Source: Anaerolineales bacterium (GTDB taxonomy: Bacteria > Chloroflexota > Anaerolineae > Anaerolineales > UBA6663). From it: a DNA stretch of 39,898 nt. Under the pieces are notes generated by a model. That model had not been told where the DNA came from. It saw only the letters and a program-made list of their open reading frames with translations, and did no database searches. How positions within the stretch are numbered: the stretch's first letter is position 1; each line of letters opens with the position of its first letter. The translations under genes and the position numbers were made by a program. Positions 17,151-28,500 of the stretch are shown here, in pieces. The stretch spans positions 1 to 39,898 of the forward strand of contig JANWXR010000002.1 of assembly GCA_025057205.1 (NCBI GenBank), read 5' to 3'.

Positions 17151-17262
17151 GTTCGTAAAAACCCCGCCCCTTTCCTTAATACAACCCCCTCACTGCGCCT
17201 GCCGCTTTCCCGGCGGCGACGCGACTTTCCCAACTTATGCCTCCAAAACCCAAACAGACCGG

Positions 17263-20199
17263 ATGCCGAAGCCCCGCGATAATAGCAGTATGTTGCCTAG
17301 CCCTCTTGTCTCATCACCCACCGTGCCTGCCCGAATTCTGATCGTTGACGATCACCCCAATACGGCTTCGATGCTGGCGCGCGCTCTCAAACAATTTGAC
17401 AAACCGGTCGAAGTGCTCACCGCCCGCAGTGGGCGCGAAGCGCTAGACATTATGCATCAGCAGCCAGTAGAAGTGCTGATTACCGATTTTATGATGCCGG
17501 GCATGAACGGCCTGGAACTGATCGAGCAAGCGCAGAAGAAGCAGGCGCCGTCGCAGATCATCCTGGTCACCGCGTATGACAGCCCCGGCCTGGCCGCTAC
17601 CGCGCGCCGGCTCAAAGTCAGCCACTATCTTATCAAACCCGTTCAGCCGGAGAAGCTGCGTGACCTGGTGGGACAGGCCATCGAGACGCTTTCCCGGCCT
17701 GCACCGTCAAAGCCGTCCGCCGAGATGCCTCCTGCCTCACAGTTCCGCATCCTCATCGCCGACGACCAATCCGACAACACGCAACTGCTGGCGACGCGCC
17801 TGTCGAGCGAAGGCTACACGTTCATCACTGCCAGTGATGGCCAGGAGACGCTGGACAAAGTTCGCGCCGAAAAGCCCGACCTGGTGCTGCTCGATGTGAA
17901 CATGCCGGGCAAGAGCGGCTTCGAAGTTCTCGCCGAAATCCGCGCCGACCCGGACATCGCCCACATCCCCGTCATCGTGTTGACCGCCGCGCGCACTTCG
18001 GTGCGCGACATCCGCGAAGGCCTCGGCCTGGGCGCGGACGATTACGTGACCAAGCCCTTCGATTGGCGTGAGCTGGCCGCCCGCGTCCGTTCCAAGCTGC
18101 GCGTCAAGTACGCCGAAGACAGACTGCGTCGCCGCAATCGTGAACTCAGCCTGCTGCCGGCCATCGGCCAGGATCTGAGCGCACGCACCGACGTGGACGA
18201 GCTGGGTCATGTGGTGCTGCGCCGCGCCGTGGAGGCCCTCGGTGCGGCCAGCGGCAACCTCGCCCTCATCGGATTGAACGATCAATGGCAGTACCAAAGC
18301 TACATAGCACGCGAAATCAGCGGCTGGGACTGGGAACGGGCGCAGGCCTGGCTAACGGCACGCAGCCTGATTGCCCAAGTGATGAACTCCGGGCAAGGCA
18401 CCATCCTGACCGACACCGCCGGCAACGCCGACTGGCCCCGCTTCGATTCCGACGAAAGCCCGGTGCGCTCGGCGATCTGTGTGCCGCTCCTGGGTCGGCG
18501 CGGCCCCCTTGGCACGCTCACCCTGCTGCACGAAACACCCGCGTACTTCGCCCAGGACCATATCGGGCTGCTGCAAGCCATCGCCAGCCAGGCCGCCATC
18601 GCCCTCGAAAATGCGCAGCTGTATGCCGCCGAGCGGCGGCGCGTGAACGAATTGGTGGCCCTGAATCAGCTCTCACAAGAGCTGGGCCGGATGATGCGCT
18701 CCGAAGAGCTGATTGACAGACTCCCACAGCTCGTCTGTAACGCGCTGGGATACCCCACCGTTACGCTGTGGTTGATGAACTCCGAATCCACCGGCCCGGA
18801 CGCCCTCAAGCTACGCAGCGTCGCCGGAATGGAAAACGCGCCACGCATGTCCCTACTGGCGCTGGCCCCGCAACAGGTAGCCGCAACCGGCCAGCCAGCC
18901 TGCCTCTCCGGTTCGGTGGAAGAGCGCACCGGCCATCGCGCCACGAAGTTGCCCACCAGCCAGCTGCCAACCCACTCGGCGGTGGCCGTGCCGTTGTGCG
19001 AAAAGTCCAGGGTTATTGGCGTAGTCGCCATTCACAGTCGCTTCCCCAACGCTTTCCAGGAAAGTGACCGCGTGCTGCTGGAAACCTTGGCCGCGCAGGT
19101 CATCTCCGCCCTGGAGCGCATCCGCTGGTTCGAGTCGGTGGAGCGTGAGCAGCAGCGATTGGCGGCGGTCCTCAACGCCACGCCCGAAGCCATCTTGGGC
19201 CTGGACGGCTTGGGCAACCTGCAATTCATCAACCCCGCCGGCTTCCGGCTGTGGGACGGCGTGAGCCTGCGCCTAGGCGAACCTTTGCCAAAAGGCACAC
19301 CCTACGATGAGTTGGTGCAGTTCCTCGACCAGGCGCGCGGCATGGCTCAGGCCGGGCTGCTGACGCGCCAGCTGCAATGGCCGGATCGGCGCGTCTTCAA
19401 CGTCTCGGTCACGCCGCTGGAGCCGGACGGGCAGGTCGTCATGCTGCACGATGTGACGCACTTCAAGGATATGGAGCGCGTCAAGAACGAATTCCTGGCC
19501 TCCGCCTCGCACGACCTGAAAAACCCGCTGACCGCCATCATCGGCTACGCCGACCTACTCCAGCGCGTGGATGATCCGACCGAGCGCCAGCTCCAGTTCA
19601 TTCAACGCATTCAAACCGCCTCGAGTCGCATGCTGGACCTGGTGAAAGACCTAATGGAGCTGGCACGCATTGATATGGGCCTAGAATTGCGTAAAGAACG
19701 CCTGGATTTGCACGACCTGCTCGCCGCTGAACTGGAAGACTTCCGTGACCAGGCCGCCGTCAAGCATCAGACTGTTCATTTGGAGCCGGCCACGGGGCCG
19801 GTCGTTGTCGAGGTAGATTTAGCCCGAATGCTGCAAGTGCTGCGTAACTTGGTGAGCAACGCCATTAAGTACACACCTGAGGGCGGGCAAATTACGCTGA
19901 GCGCCTCGGCTAGCGGGCAGGCCGGACAGTTTCAGGTGCGCGATACCGGGCTAGGCATCCCGGCGCCAGACCTGCCGCGCATCTTCGAGAAGTTTTACCG
20001 GGTACACACCACCGATCGCGAGGGCATCGAAGGCAGCGGCCTCGGCTTGGCGATCGTCAAAGCCATCGTTGAGCAGCATGGTGGTCAGGTTGCCGTGGAG
20101 AGCACACTCGGACGCGGCAGCTGCTTTACCGTGACGTTGCCTTTGGCCGAGATAGCCGAGACAACCCACAAACCGCTTCCCGTTCAAGCCGAATCTTAA
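17263..20199 (+). CDS. Hybrid sensor kinase: REC, REC, GAF, GAF, PAS, HisKA, HATPase_c
   Basis: There are two receivers (ILIVDDHPN...ITDFMMPGMNG and ILIADDQSDN...LLDVNMPGKSG). The H-box is FLASASHDLKNPLTAIIGY. ATPase boxes are LRNLVSNAIKYT, DTGLGI and GSGLGLAIVK. An alternative ATG lies nine codons downstream. Confidence 0.9.
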   Translation: MPKPRDNSSMLPSPLVSSPTVPARILIVDDHPNTASMLARALKQFDKPVEVLTARSGREALDIMHQQPVEVLITDFMMPGMNGLELIEQAQKKQAPSQIILVTAYDSPGLAATARRLKVSHYLIKPVQPEKLRDLVGQAIETLSRPAPSKPSAEMPPASQFRILIADDQSDNTQLLATRLSSEGYTFITASDGQETLDKVRAEKPDLVLLDVNMPGKSGFEVLAEIRADPDIAHIPVIVLTAARTSVRDIREGLGLGADDYVTKPFDWRELAARVRSKLRVKYAEDRLRRRNRELSLLPAIGQDLSARTDVDELGHVVLRRAVEALGAASGNLALIGLNDQWQYQSYIAREISGWDWERAQAWLTARSLIAQVMNSGQGTILTDTAGNADWPRFDSDESPVRSAICVPLLGRRGPLGTLTLLHETPAYFAQDHIGLLQAIASQAAIALENAQLYAAERRRVNELVALNQLSQELGRMMRSEELIDRLPQLVCNALGYPTVTLWLMNSESTGPDALKLRSVAGMENAPRMSLLALAPQQVAATGQPACLSGSVEERTGHRATKLPTSQLPTHSAVAVPLCEKSRVIGVVAIHSRFPNAFQESDRVLLETLAAQVISALERIRWFESVEREQQRLAAVLNATPEAILGLDGLGNLQFINPAGFRLWDGVSLRLGEPLPKGTPYDELVQFLDQARGMAQAGLLTRQLQWPDRRVFNVSVTPLEPDGQVVMLHDVTHFKDMERVKNEFLASASHDLKNPLTAIIGYADLLQRVDDPTERQLQFIQRIQTASSRMLDLVKDLMELARIDMGLELRKERLDLHDLLAAELEDFRDQAAVKHQTVHLEPATGPVVVEVDLARMLQVLRNLVSNAIKYTPEGGQITLSASASGQAGQFQVRDTGLGIPAPDLPRIFEKFYRVHTTDREGIEGSGLGLAIVKAIVEQHGGQVAVESTLGRGSCFTVTLPLAEIAETTHKPLPVQAES

Positions 20200-20322
20200 C
20201 GTGACTTCTATGGTCAGCATCTGCCAAGCACCTGATAATTCGGTTGAATTCGGCCGGTAGCCGTCGACAGTGAATAAGGTGCCGCCGATGCGTCGGAGAA
20301 CTGACCCAAAACAGTACGCGGA

Positions 20323-22818
20323 GTGCATCTGATGTCATCTCCCTCCCCACAGAACACATCGGCAACGCCAGCGCCCGCTATGCCAACTTCGGCGGAAGCA
20401 AAAAACGCGCAGCGCGCCGCCCTGATTACGCTCATCGTCACCGCCGGGTTGACGGTGTATTTTGGGTTTCTGGCTTACCGGCAGCTCGATACCAACTCGA
20501 TCTGGGCTACGCTGAATACGCTCGGCATGACGCTGGCCAACCTGGCCGGCTTCTGGTTCAGCCGACGGGGTCGCCATGTGCTCGGAACATGGCTGGTTCT
20601 GGGCGGCTTGATGGTCGGCGTAGTGACATCACCGGCCATACGAGCCGGTCTGGGCCTGGCCCTCTTTATTAGCGCACCCTTGTTTGTTGCCGTCGTTGCC
20701 GGTCAGACCCTGCCGCCACGACAGGTTCCCTGGGCCGTCGGCCTGGGGGTCGGGGCAGGCATCATCGCCGGGCTGGGAGACTACTTCTGGCCGTGGCCCC
20801 GCCCCCTCTCGCCGGTCTATCAAACCCTGCCCATCATCGCCACCGGCGTGGTGCTGATACTGGGCTGGGGGATCGTGCGCCGCTTCCCGCACTACAGCCT
20901 GCGTACCAAGCTGTTGATAAGCTCCGTCACCGTGGTGGCGCTAACGGTCGGCGCACAATCCATCATTTTCAGCCAAATCGCCACCTCCGAAATTCGTGCC
21001 CAGGTGGGCAACAGTCTGGTCGCTCTGGCTGAGGACCGGGCAACGACCATCGGCAGCCGGATCGGCCTGCAGGCGGACGTGCTGCGCGCGCTGGCGCTCA
21101 ACAAGTTCCTGCAGGACGGGCTGGAAGAGGCCAGTCGCACCAACACGCAGAGCGCCGAGGCCCTGCGCGCCGCCGATGAGCGCTGGCGCCGGGCCGTGGA
21201 GGCAGGCCGGCCGGACGACCCGCTTATCCTTCAGGTGCTCAACCATCCACTGGCCGGCGAACTCAATGAACTCCGCGAGCGTTTCTCGCAATCCGAGCTG
21301 TTCCTGACCACCGACCAACACGGCGCTACGGTCGCATCCACCCAGGTCGTAGAACGTTACTATCACGGCGACGAGGCCTGGTGGCAAACGGCCTCTTCAC
21401 GCGGCATCTTCATCGGCCTGATTGAGCAGGGTTTCGGTGGTCCTCGACTCGGCATTGCCGTTGCCGTGCCCGCTCACGAGCGTGAGCAGATCGTCGGCGT
21501 GGCGCTGACCTTGCTCCACCTCGACCAATTTGCGGATGACCTGGCAAGCGCACGCCGCGGCAAGACAGGCCGCACCGAGATTTACTTCGAAGGTGGGGGT
21601 GGGCTGAAGTTACACGAAGCTGCCGACGGCAGCCTCAAACTCGAACTAGAGAGAGAGGCGAGGTTAGATTTGCAGCGGTTGATTGCGTCATCGGAGCCAT
21701 TCCTTGAGATCGAACACGATGGAAAGGTGGCGTTATCCAGCTCTGCGCGCGTCCGTTCCAATCTCAAGGCAGACCCTATCGGCGACGAGAGGGGCTCCAT
21801 TACTGGCCTGGGCTGGTACGTCGTTGTCTCTCAAGAAAAGAACGAGGCTCTGGAGCCGGTGGCTGTGATCATGCGCGCCAACTTTCTCATCACAGTCGTC
21901 GCCCTGCTGATTGCCGGCCTGGCAGCGGTGGTGGTGGCCCAATTGCTGACGCGCCCCCTCACCCGTCTGACCGCCGTGGCCGCCCGCGTCTCCGCCGGCG
22001 ACCTGAAGGTGCAGGCACCGGTGGAAAGCGGCGACGAGATCGGCGCGCTGGCGACGACCTTCAACGTAATGACCACACAGCTGCGTGAAACGCTCGAGGG
22101 CTTGGAACAGCGCGTGGCCGACCGCACGCGCGCCCTGGCCACCAGCGCTGAAGTCAGCCGACGGCTCTCCACCCTCCTTGACCCTACTGAGCTGGTGAAG
22201 CAGGTCGTTGAGCGAGTACAGCGCGCGTTCGGCTATTACCATGTACACATCTATCTGTTCGATGAGTCGCGTGAAAATCTGGTGATGAGGGGCGGCACGG
22301 GCGAGGCCGGCGCATTGATGCTGACACGCGGCCACAAGCTGCCGCGCGGCAAAGGCTTAGTCGGCCGCGCCGCCGAGACCAACCAGATCGTGCTTGTGCC
22401 CGAAACCGCGCGCGACCCCGGCTGGCTGCCCAACCCGCTGCTGCCGGAAACGAAGGCTGAGGTCGCCGTGCCTATTGCCATCGGTGAAGAAGTGCTGGGT
22501 GTGATCGATGTCCAGCACAACGTGGTCGGTGGGCTGACGCAAGACGACGCCGACCTGCTCCAGGCGATTGCGAACCAGATGGCCATCGCGCTCCAGAACG
22601 CCCGCATCTACCGGCAGGCGCAACGCCGGGCCGAGGTGGAAGCGCTGGTGAACTCCATTAGCCAGAGGCTTCAATCCACCACAACGGTAGATGAGGCGCT
22701 TCAAGTAACGGCGCGCGAAGTGGGCCGCGCCCTGGGCGGCGTGCGCGTACAGGTGCGTCTGGCCCCAACAAACGGACACACAGCGCCGCCGACCGGCGTT
22801 GCGGAATCGCAGAACTAG
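20323..22818 (+). CDS. Membrane sensor with no recognisable output: multi-TM N-terminus, Cache-like periplasmic domain, HAMP, GAF, conserved C-terminal tail
   Basis: The N-terminus has about six hydrophobic helices. A Cache-like segment reads ...[19 protein letters not shown].... HAMP reads [44 protein letters not shown] reads [13 protein letters not shown]...[30 protein letters not shown]. The protein ends 65 aa after the GAF domain with no kinase, cyclase, GGDEF or HTH. The track start at 20323 is GTG. An ATG alternative is at 20332. Confidence 0.85.
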   Translation: MHLMSSPSPQNTSATPAPAMPTSAEAKNAQRAALITLIVTAGLTVYFGFLAYRQLDTNSIWATLNTLGMTLANLAGFWFSRRGRHVLGTWLVLGGLMVGVVTSPAIRAGLGLALFISAPLFVAVVAGQTLPPRQVPWAVGLGVGAGIIAGLGDYFWPWPRPLSPVYQTLPIIATGVVLILGWGIVRRFPHYSLRTKLLISSVTVVALTVGAQSIIFSQIATSEIRAQVGNSLVALAEDRATTIGSRIGLQADVLRALALNKFLQDGLEEASRTNTQSAEALRAADERWRRAVEAGRPDDPLILQVLNHPLAGELNELRERFSQSELFLTTDQHGATVASTQVVERYYHGDEAWWQTASSRGIFIGLIEQGFGGPRLGIAVAVPAHEREQIVGVALTLLHLDQFADDLASARRGKTGRTEIYFEGGGGLKLHEAADGSLKLELEREARLDLQRLIASSEPFLEIEHDGKVALSSSARVRSNLKADPIGDERGSITGLGWYVVVSQEKNEALEPVAVIMRANFLITVVALLIAGLAAVVVAQLLTRPLTRLTAVAARVSAGDLKVQAPVESGDEIGALATTFNVMTTQLRETLEGLEQRVADRTRALATSAEVSRRLSTLLDPTELVKQVVERVQRAFGYYHVHIYLFDESRENLVMRGGTGEAGALMLTRGHKLPRGKGLVGRAAETNQIVLVPETARDPGWLPNPLLPETKAEVAVPIAIGEEVLGVIDVQHNVVGGLTQDDADLLQAIANQMAIALQNARIYRQAQRRAEVEALVNSISQRLQSTTTVDEALQVTAREVGRALGGVRVQVRLAPTNGHTAPPTGVAESQN

Positions 22819-22828
22819 GGAACCCGCT

Positions 22829-25552
22829 ATGCCACCAAACACTTCTGCGCCTTACCTCTCTCACGGCCACGACCCGTGGCTGGTCATGTTGTCCGTCGCG
22901 ATGGCGGTGCTGACGGCATACGCCGCGCTCGAACTGGCGTGGCGCATAGTTGGGGCGCGCGGCCGGGAGCGCTATCTGTGGCTGGCCAGCAGCGCAGTCG
23001 CTCTCGGCGCCGGCGCCTGGTCCGCGCATTTTATTGGGATGTCGGCCCTTCAGCTGCCTGTGCCGGTGCGGTATGACGTGCTCACCGCGCTGGCGGCGCT
23101 GCTGCCGGTGGTGGCCGGCGCAGCGCTGGCATTCTGGCTCAGCGGCAGAGCCAGAGCCGAAGTACGCCCGTGGCAGATCGGCCTGGCTGGCTCGGTCCTG
23201 GGCGGGGCCATTGCCGGTATGTACTTCATCGGCATGGCTGCCCTGCGCCTCCGAGCGACGTTCAGCTACGACCCGGCCTGGTTGGCGTTTGCGTTCGTCG
23301 TCGCCACAGTCACTTCGAGCTTTGCGCTTTGGCTGCACGTAGGCCTCCGTGCCGCCGCTACGTCTGCTAGGCAGCTGGGCAAAATCGCCGGCGCCCTGGC
23401 GCTGGGCGGCGCGATTGCCGGCCTGCACTACGCCGGGATGCGCGCGGCTAAGTTCCTGCCGACGACCGACTACTTGCCTAATCCCATCGGCCTGGTTGAC
23501 ATTGACGTACTCGGCTCCGCAGCCATCATCGTTGGCGTTCTAACCGTAATCACCACCGGCCTGACGGTCTTGGTGTTCAACCAACAATTGCTGAGTCAAC
23601 TCAGCTTTACACGCAAATTCCTGCTCGTCAGCGCGCTCTTCATCACGCCGCTTCTTGTCGTCATCGGCGTGTTCTCCTTCGAGCTGTACGATCGTATTGA
23701 TAAATACGGCTACCGCGAACTGTACGGCGTTCGCTATGTGACGCCGCTGCAAAGCCTGCTCGTTAACTTGCAATTGCATCAGGAAGCGCTGGCCGAATAC
23801 GCCGCCGGCCGACTGACCGAACAGCAGTTGCTCGACGTTCGGAGCGCCGTTGATGCCGACTTAGCCACCCTTGCCGAACTAGACCGCCGGTATGGCACGA
23901 TATTGCAAACTAACACATGGCTATCCAGTCTGAGGTATAAGTGGTCTGGCCTGCAAAGCCAGACACTCCGGTTCTCGCCACAGGCCGCCCGGTTGCGTCA
24001 TATCGAATCGGCAACGAACGTACGTGAGTTGATCGCCTACATCGGCGACAGCTCTTTCCTAAGCCTTGACCCCGACCTGGATAGCCACAACTTAATGAGG
24101 GCAACACTAATCCACCTGCCGGATAATCAAATGTTGCTCAACCGGTCGGCGCAGATGTTCCTGGCAACACTACACGGAGAACTGGTAACGCCGGAAGAAA
24201 GAGCACAGCTCTCAGCAGCGCTCACATTATTGCGTGCTAATCTCGATGCGTTGGAGGCTGAGCTTGAGGTAGCTTATCGCAACCACCCAGACGGCTTCAT
24301 TGAGCCGAACCTTGCACCGGAGTTTGCCGCCTATCGCCAGGTCCTGACAGAATATTTGGACTTCCTGAAATTTCAGCTGAACCTGACGAAACCGACGGTC
24401 TCCCTCTCGGATGCCCGGCGCCTCATCGGCGAAGCGCGCGCCGCAAATCAGCGGTTTTACGCTGTGGTCAGTGAAAATTTGGCCGCCAGCATCCAGGGCC
24501 GGATTGACCGCTTGACTTTTCGCCTGGCCAGTTTGGTTGGGTTCAGCCTATTCACCGGCGCCTTGGCGCTGGCCTTCGGCCAGGCGGTGTTCCGCGTCAT
24601 CCTTCGGCCGCTGCGCGCCCTGACTGACGCCACACAGGCTCTAGCAGGCGGCGATTTGAGCGTGCGCGTCAACGTGGTCGGCTCTGATGAGATAAGCACG
24701 CTGGCGCTGGCCTTCAACGACATGGCCCGCCGCCTGCAGCTGAGCCAGACCGAATTGGCTGAGCGCAACCGCGCTTTGGCCACTTCGGCAGAGGTCAGCC
24801 GCCGCCTCTCGACGCTGCTGGATGAAAAGCAGCTGGTGCGGGAGGTCGTCGAGCAGTTGCAACTGGCCTTCGGCTATTACCATGTCCACATCTACCTTTT
24901 CGACGAGCAGCGCGAAAATCTGATAATGGCCGGCGGCACCGGCCCGGTGGGCGCGGCGCTGCTAGAGCGCGGCCACAAGCTACCACGTGGCAAGGGCCTG
25001 GTCGGCCGCGCCGCCGAGACCAACGCACCCGTCATCGTGCCGAACACCACGCTCGACCCAGGCTGGCTGCCCAACCCGCTACTGCCGGACACCAAAGCCG
25101 AAGTCGCCGTCCCCATCGCTCTGGGCAACGAAGTGCTCGGTGTGCTGGACGTGCAGCAGAACATGGTCAACGGCCTCTCGGCTGCCGACGCTGAGATGCT
25201 TCAGGCCATCGCCAACCAGGTCGCGCTGGCGCTGCGCAACGCGCGCTCCTATGCCCGCGCGCAACGCACCGCCGAGCGCGAGGCTTTGGTCAACAGCATC
25301 AATCGCAAGATCCAATCTGCCGCTAGCCTGGAATCCGTGCTAGACATTGCCGCGCGCGAACTAGGCCTGGCGCTGAGAGCGCGCACCGCCGTTGCAGAAC
25401 TCAACCTGCGCCCCGCAATGGAACGCTCAACCACTATTGCGACGGCTGACGAACGAAGGCCGAGCGCTCGCGCCAAACTTGAAATAAGCAGAGCGAACCC
25501 GGTCAGCACCGGCTTCATTGACGCAGAAACCAACGGCCGCAGTCACAGTTAA
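22829..25552 (+). CDS. Membrane sensor with no recognisable output: MHYT domain, helical periplasmic/linker domain, HAMP, GAF, conserved C-terminal tail
   Basis: Three MHYT-type motifs are present ([29 protein letters not shown]) in six TM helices. HAMP reads [41 protein letters not shown]. The GAF domain is about 75% identical to that of the preceding gene. I chose the ATG at 22829 because the track start at 22799 is TTG and overlaps the previous gene. Confidence 0.85.
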   Translation: MPPNTSAPYLSHGHDPWLVMLSVAMAVLTAYAALELAWRIVGARGRERYLWLASSAVALGAGAWSAHFIGMSALQLPVPVRYDVLTALAALLPVVAGAALAFWLSGRARAEVRPWQIGLAGSVLGGAIAGMYFIGMAALRLRATFSYDPAWLAFAFVVATVTSSFALWLHVGLRAAATSARQLGKIAGALALGGAIAGLHYAGMRAAKFLPTTDYLPNPIGLVDIDVLGSAAIIVGVLTVITTGLTVLVFNQQLLSQLSFTRKFLLVSALFITPLLVVIGVFSFELYDRIDKYGYRELYGVRYVTPLQSLLVNLQLHQEALAEYAAGRLTEQQLLDVRSAVDADLATLAELDRRYGTILQTNTWLSSLRYKWSGLQSQTLRFSPQAARLRHIESATNVRELIAYIGDSSFLSLDPDLDSHNLMRATLIHLPDNQMLLNRSAQMFLATLHGELVTPEERAQLSAALTLLRANLDALEAELEVAYRNHPDGFIEPNLAPEFAAYRQVLTEYLDFLKFQLNLTKPTVSLSDARRLIGEARAANQRFYAVVSENLAASIQGRIDRLTFRLASLVGFSLFTGALALAFGQAVFRVILRPLRALTDATQALAGGDLSVRVNVVGSDEISTLALAFNDMARRLQLSQTELAERNRALATSAEVSRRLSTLLDEKQLVREVVEQLQLAFGYYHVHIYLFDEQRENLIMAGGTGPVGAALLERGHKLPRGKGLVGRAAETNAPVIVPNTTLDPGWLPNPLLPDTKAEVAVPIALGNEVLGVLDVQQNMVNGLSAADAEMLQAIANQVALALRNARSYARAQRTAEREALVNSINRKIQSAASLESVLDIAARELGLALRARTAVAELNLRPAMERSTTIATADERRPSARAKLEISRANPVSTGFIDAETNGRSHS

Positions 25553-25561
25553 AGTCGCGCT

Positions 25562-28500
25562 ATGAACGCACCTGAACTATCTCCCCACAAGAAAGCCGTA
25601 CCCGGCCTGAACACATTGCAGCGCATCTGGCAATCGCTGGTGCAGCCATCGGCGCTTATCACCGAAATCGGCGAACGCCGCCAGGCCGAGCTGCTGGCCT
25701 CCCTGACGCTGATCTTCATTTCTCTCTCGAGTGCAGGCGCGTTTGCCAACCTGGTGACCGTGCCAGGCCGCGGGTTCAATGCCGCCTCATGGGCGCTGTT
25801 GGCGACGACGCTCGTGACGCTGGTCGCATATCTTCTTAGTCGCAGCCGCTATTTTCGTCTGGGCGTGTGGCTCCTCATCATCATCCTTGTTGCAGGTGGC
25901 TTCTCTTTGGCTCAAAGTGACCCGAGCCGCGCCAGCTTTGCACTCTTCAGGTTTGTGCCACTTGCATTTGTCGTCACCAACATCTTTTTGAACTTTACCG
26001 GCGCCGCCATTGTGATGGCACTAACCGTTGCTGCCTTGCTGATGCTGCCTCTCTGGCTCGACGTGACGCCGCGCGAGGCCACTTCGCTGGCCGGTGCCCT
26101 TGGCGCGTTTGGCACGTTGCTGCTCATTGCCGCCGGCTTCCGCAACAAACTGGAACGCGACCGCCTGGCCGAGCTCTCGGCAGCCAATGAGAAACTGCGA
26201 ACCCTCGGTGCACTGCTGGAACAACGCGTCGCCGAACGTACCCGCGACATTATCCTGGCCGCCGACGTGGGCCGGTCATTAGCCAAAGCTCGCGACCTTG
26301 ACACACTCCTGGCCGACGCTGTAGAGCTGATTCGCGAACGCTTCGACCTGTATCACGTTCAAATCTACGTGACGGACTCCGCCGGGCACAAATTGCTGCT
26401 CCGCGCCAGTAGCGGCGAGGTGGGCGCAGAGCTGCTGCGCCGTCGACACTACCTGCCTGTCAGCCTCGGCTCGCTCAACGGCCAGGCAGCACTGGAACGC
26501 CGCCCAGTGCTCGTCACCAACACACTGTCCGACCCCAACTTCAAGCCCAATCCTCTCTTGCCGGAGACCCGCTCCGAGGCCGCCATCCCGCTTATCGCCG
26601 AAGGCCGTGTGCTGGGCGTGCTCGATCTGCAAAGCAATCAACCGGGTGCGTTCACGGCAGAGAGCCTGCCCGTCTTCGAGACACTGGCCGGCCAGCTCAC
26701 GATCGGCATCGAAAACGCGCTCCTGCTGCGGGAGGCCGAAGCCGCTCGCAACGAGCTGGCCGAGCAAACGCGCCGCCTCAGCCGCAGCGGCTGGCAGGCT
26801 TTCCTCGATGCCATTCACCGGGCTGAACATGTGGAACGCCGCTATGTGAGCGAGGCAGCAGAAGCCACAGAGCTCGCAGCAGCGGACGAAGAACGCTCCG
26901 TTTTGACCGTGCCCATGACCATCGCCGGCGAAGCCATTGGCGCACTGCGGGTGGAGGCCGGCGAACAACGTAGCTGGTCGGCAGATGAAGTCGAATTGGT
27001 AGAGGTGGTTGCTCGGCAGGTAGCCGCGCATCTGGATGACCTGCGCCTCATCGCTCAGGCCGAGCAATACCGCGCCGAGGCCGAGGACGCTATGCGTCGC
27101 CTGACGCGAGAGAGCTGGCAGATGTACCTGGTCGAAGCCGAGAAACCGCCCGCCTACGTGTACGACGGCGAGCAAGTTCAGACCGTGTCCGATGAAACCG
27201 CTTCGGTTGAACCCAGGCACATCTGGCCGCTGACCTTGCACGGCGAACGACTGGGCGAAATTGCCATCGAGGCCGAGACCGTCGGGCCGGAGGCCGAGCA
27301 CATCCTCGCTGCCGTCGCCGAGCGCCTCAGTGTGCATCTGGAGAACCTGCGCCTCTCCGCCCAGACCGAGCAGGCGCTCACCGAGAATCAAAAACGCGCC
27401 GACCAGCTAGCCCGACTCTCCGAGATAGAACAGGCGCTCTCATTGGCAAAGACCGAAGAGGAAATCATCGAAGCTATACAGCCCGCCTTCGACGCAAAGA
27501 ACCTGACGGCCATCACCCTTACCTACATCACCGGCGACGAACGCGGTCGGGCGATGACGCTCGATGGCGCGGCAGTCTGGGCTGACGGACGGTTCTGCCA
27601 CGACCGGTTGCCTGCTCTACAAAACCTGAGCCTTGAGAAGCACCCCCTCACACCGCTCTGGATGACGCGTGCCGCCGAACCGACCTTTGTCGGCGATGTG
27701 CTGACCGACCCGCGCGTCGGTGAAGCGGTACGGGCGTTGGCCCGTGAAGAGGGTTGGCGTTCACTGCTGTTGCTACCGCTCCGCAGCGGTGGCCGGTGGC
27801 AGGGGCTGCTCACCGTGAGCTGGGCAGAGCCGCGCACGCTTAGCGCCGATGAGGCCTTCTTCGCCGAGCGGTTGCTGGAGTCGGTGGCCGGCGTTACCGC
27901 CACCCGTTGTGCTTCCCTGGCGCAACAACGAGCTCTGGCAGAAAACCTGCGCCGCAACGAGGAACTGACCGCCCTCAATCGGCTTGTCATTAGCGCCGCT
28001 TCCGCGCGCGACGTGACGGAGCTGCTGCAATCCGCCGCCCGCGAAGTGGTGCAGCTGCTGCACGCCCGCAGCGCCGCCTTCGCCCTGCTGGAGCCGGACG
28101 GCCAGCATCTGCGATTGATCGCCGACTACACTACCACCAGCGACGAGCCGAGCGCCGTCGGCATGCTCATCCCCCTGGCGGGTAACCTCTCGACTCAATG
28201 GGTGTTCGAGCACCGGCGCGCGCTGGTGGTGAATGACGCCCAGAGCAATCCGCTGACGACGCCGATCCACGAGCTGATGCCCACGCGCCGGACGCAGGCG
28301 TTGCTCATCGCGCCATTGACAGTCCGCGGCGAGGTCATCGGCACGCTGGGCGTAGACCTGGAAGAAGTGGGCCGCACCTTCACCCCAAACGAAGTCTCGT
28401 TCGTCGAAACGCTGGCCGGCCAGCTGGCCGGTGTGCTGGAGAACCTGCGCCTCTACGCCGAAGCGCAACGCCGCGCCGAGCGCGAGTACCTCATCAACAC

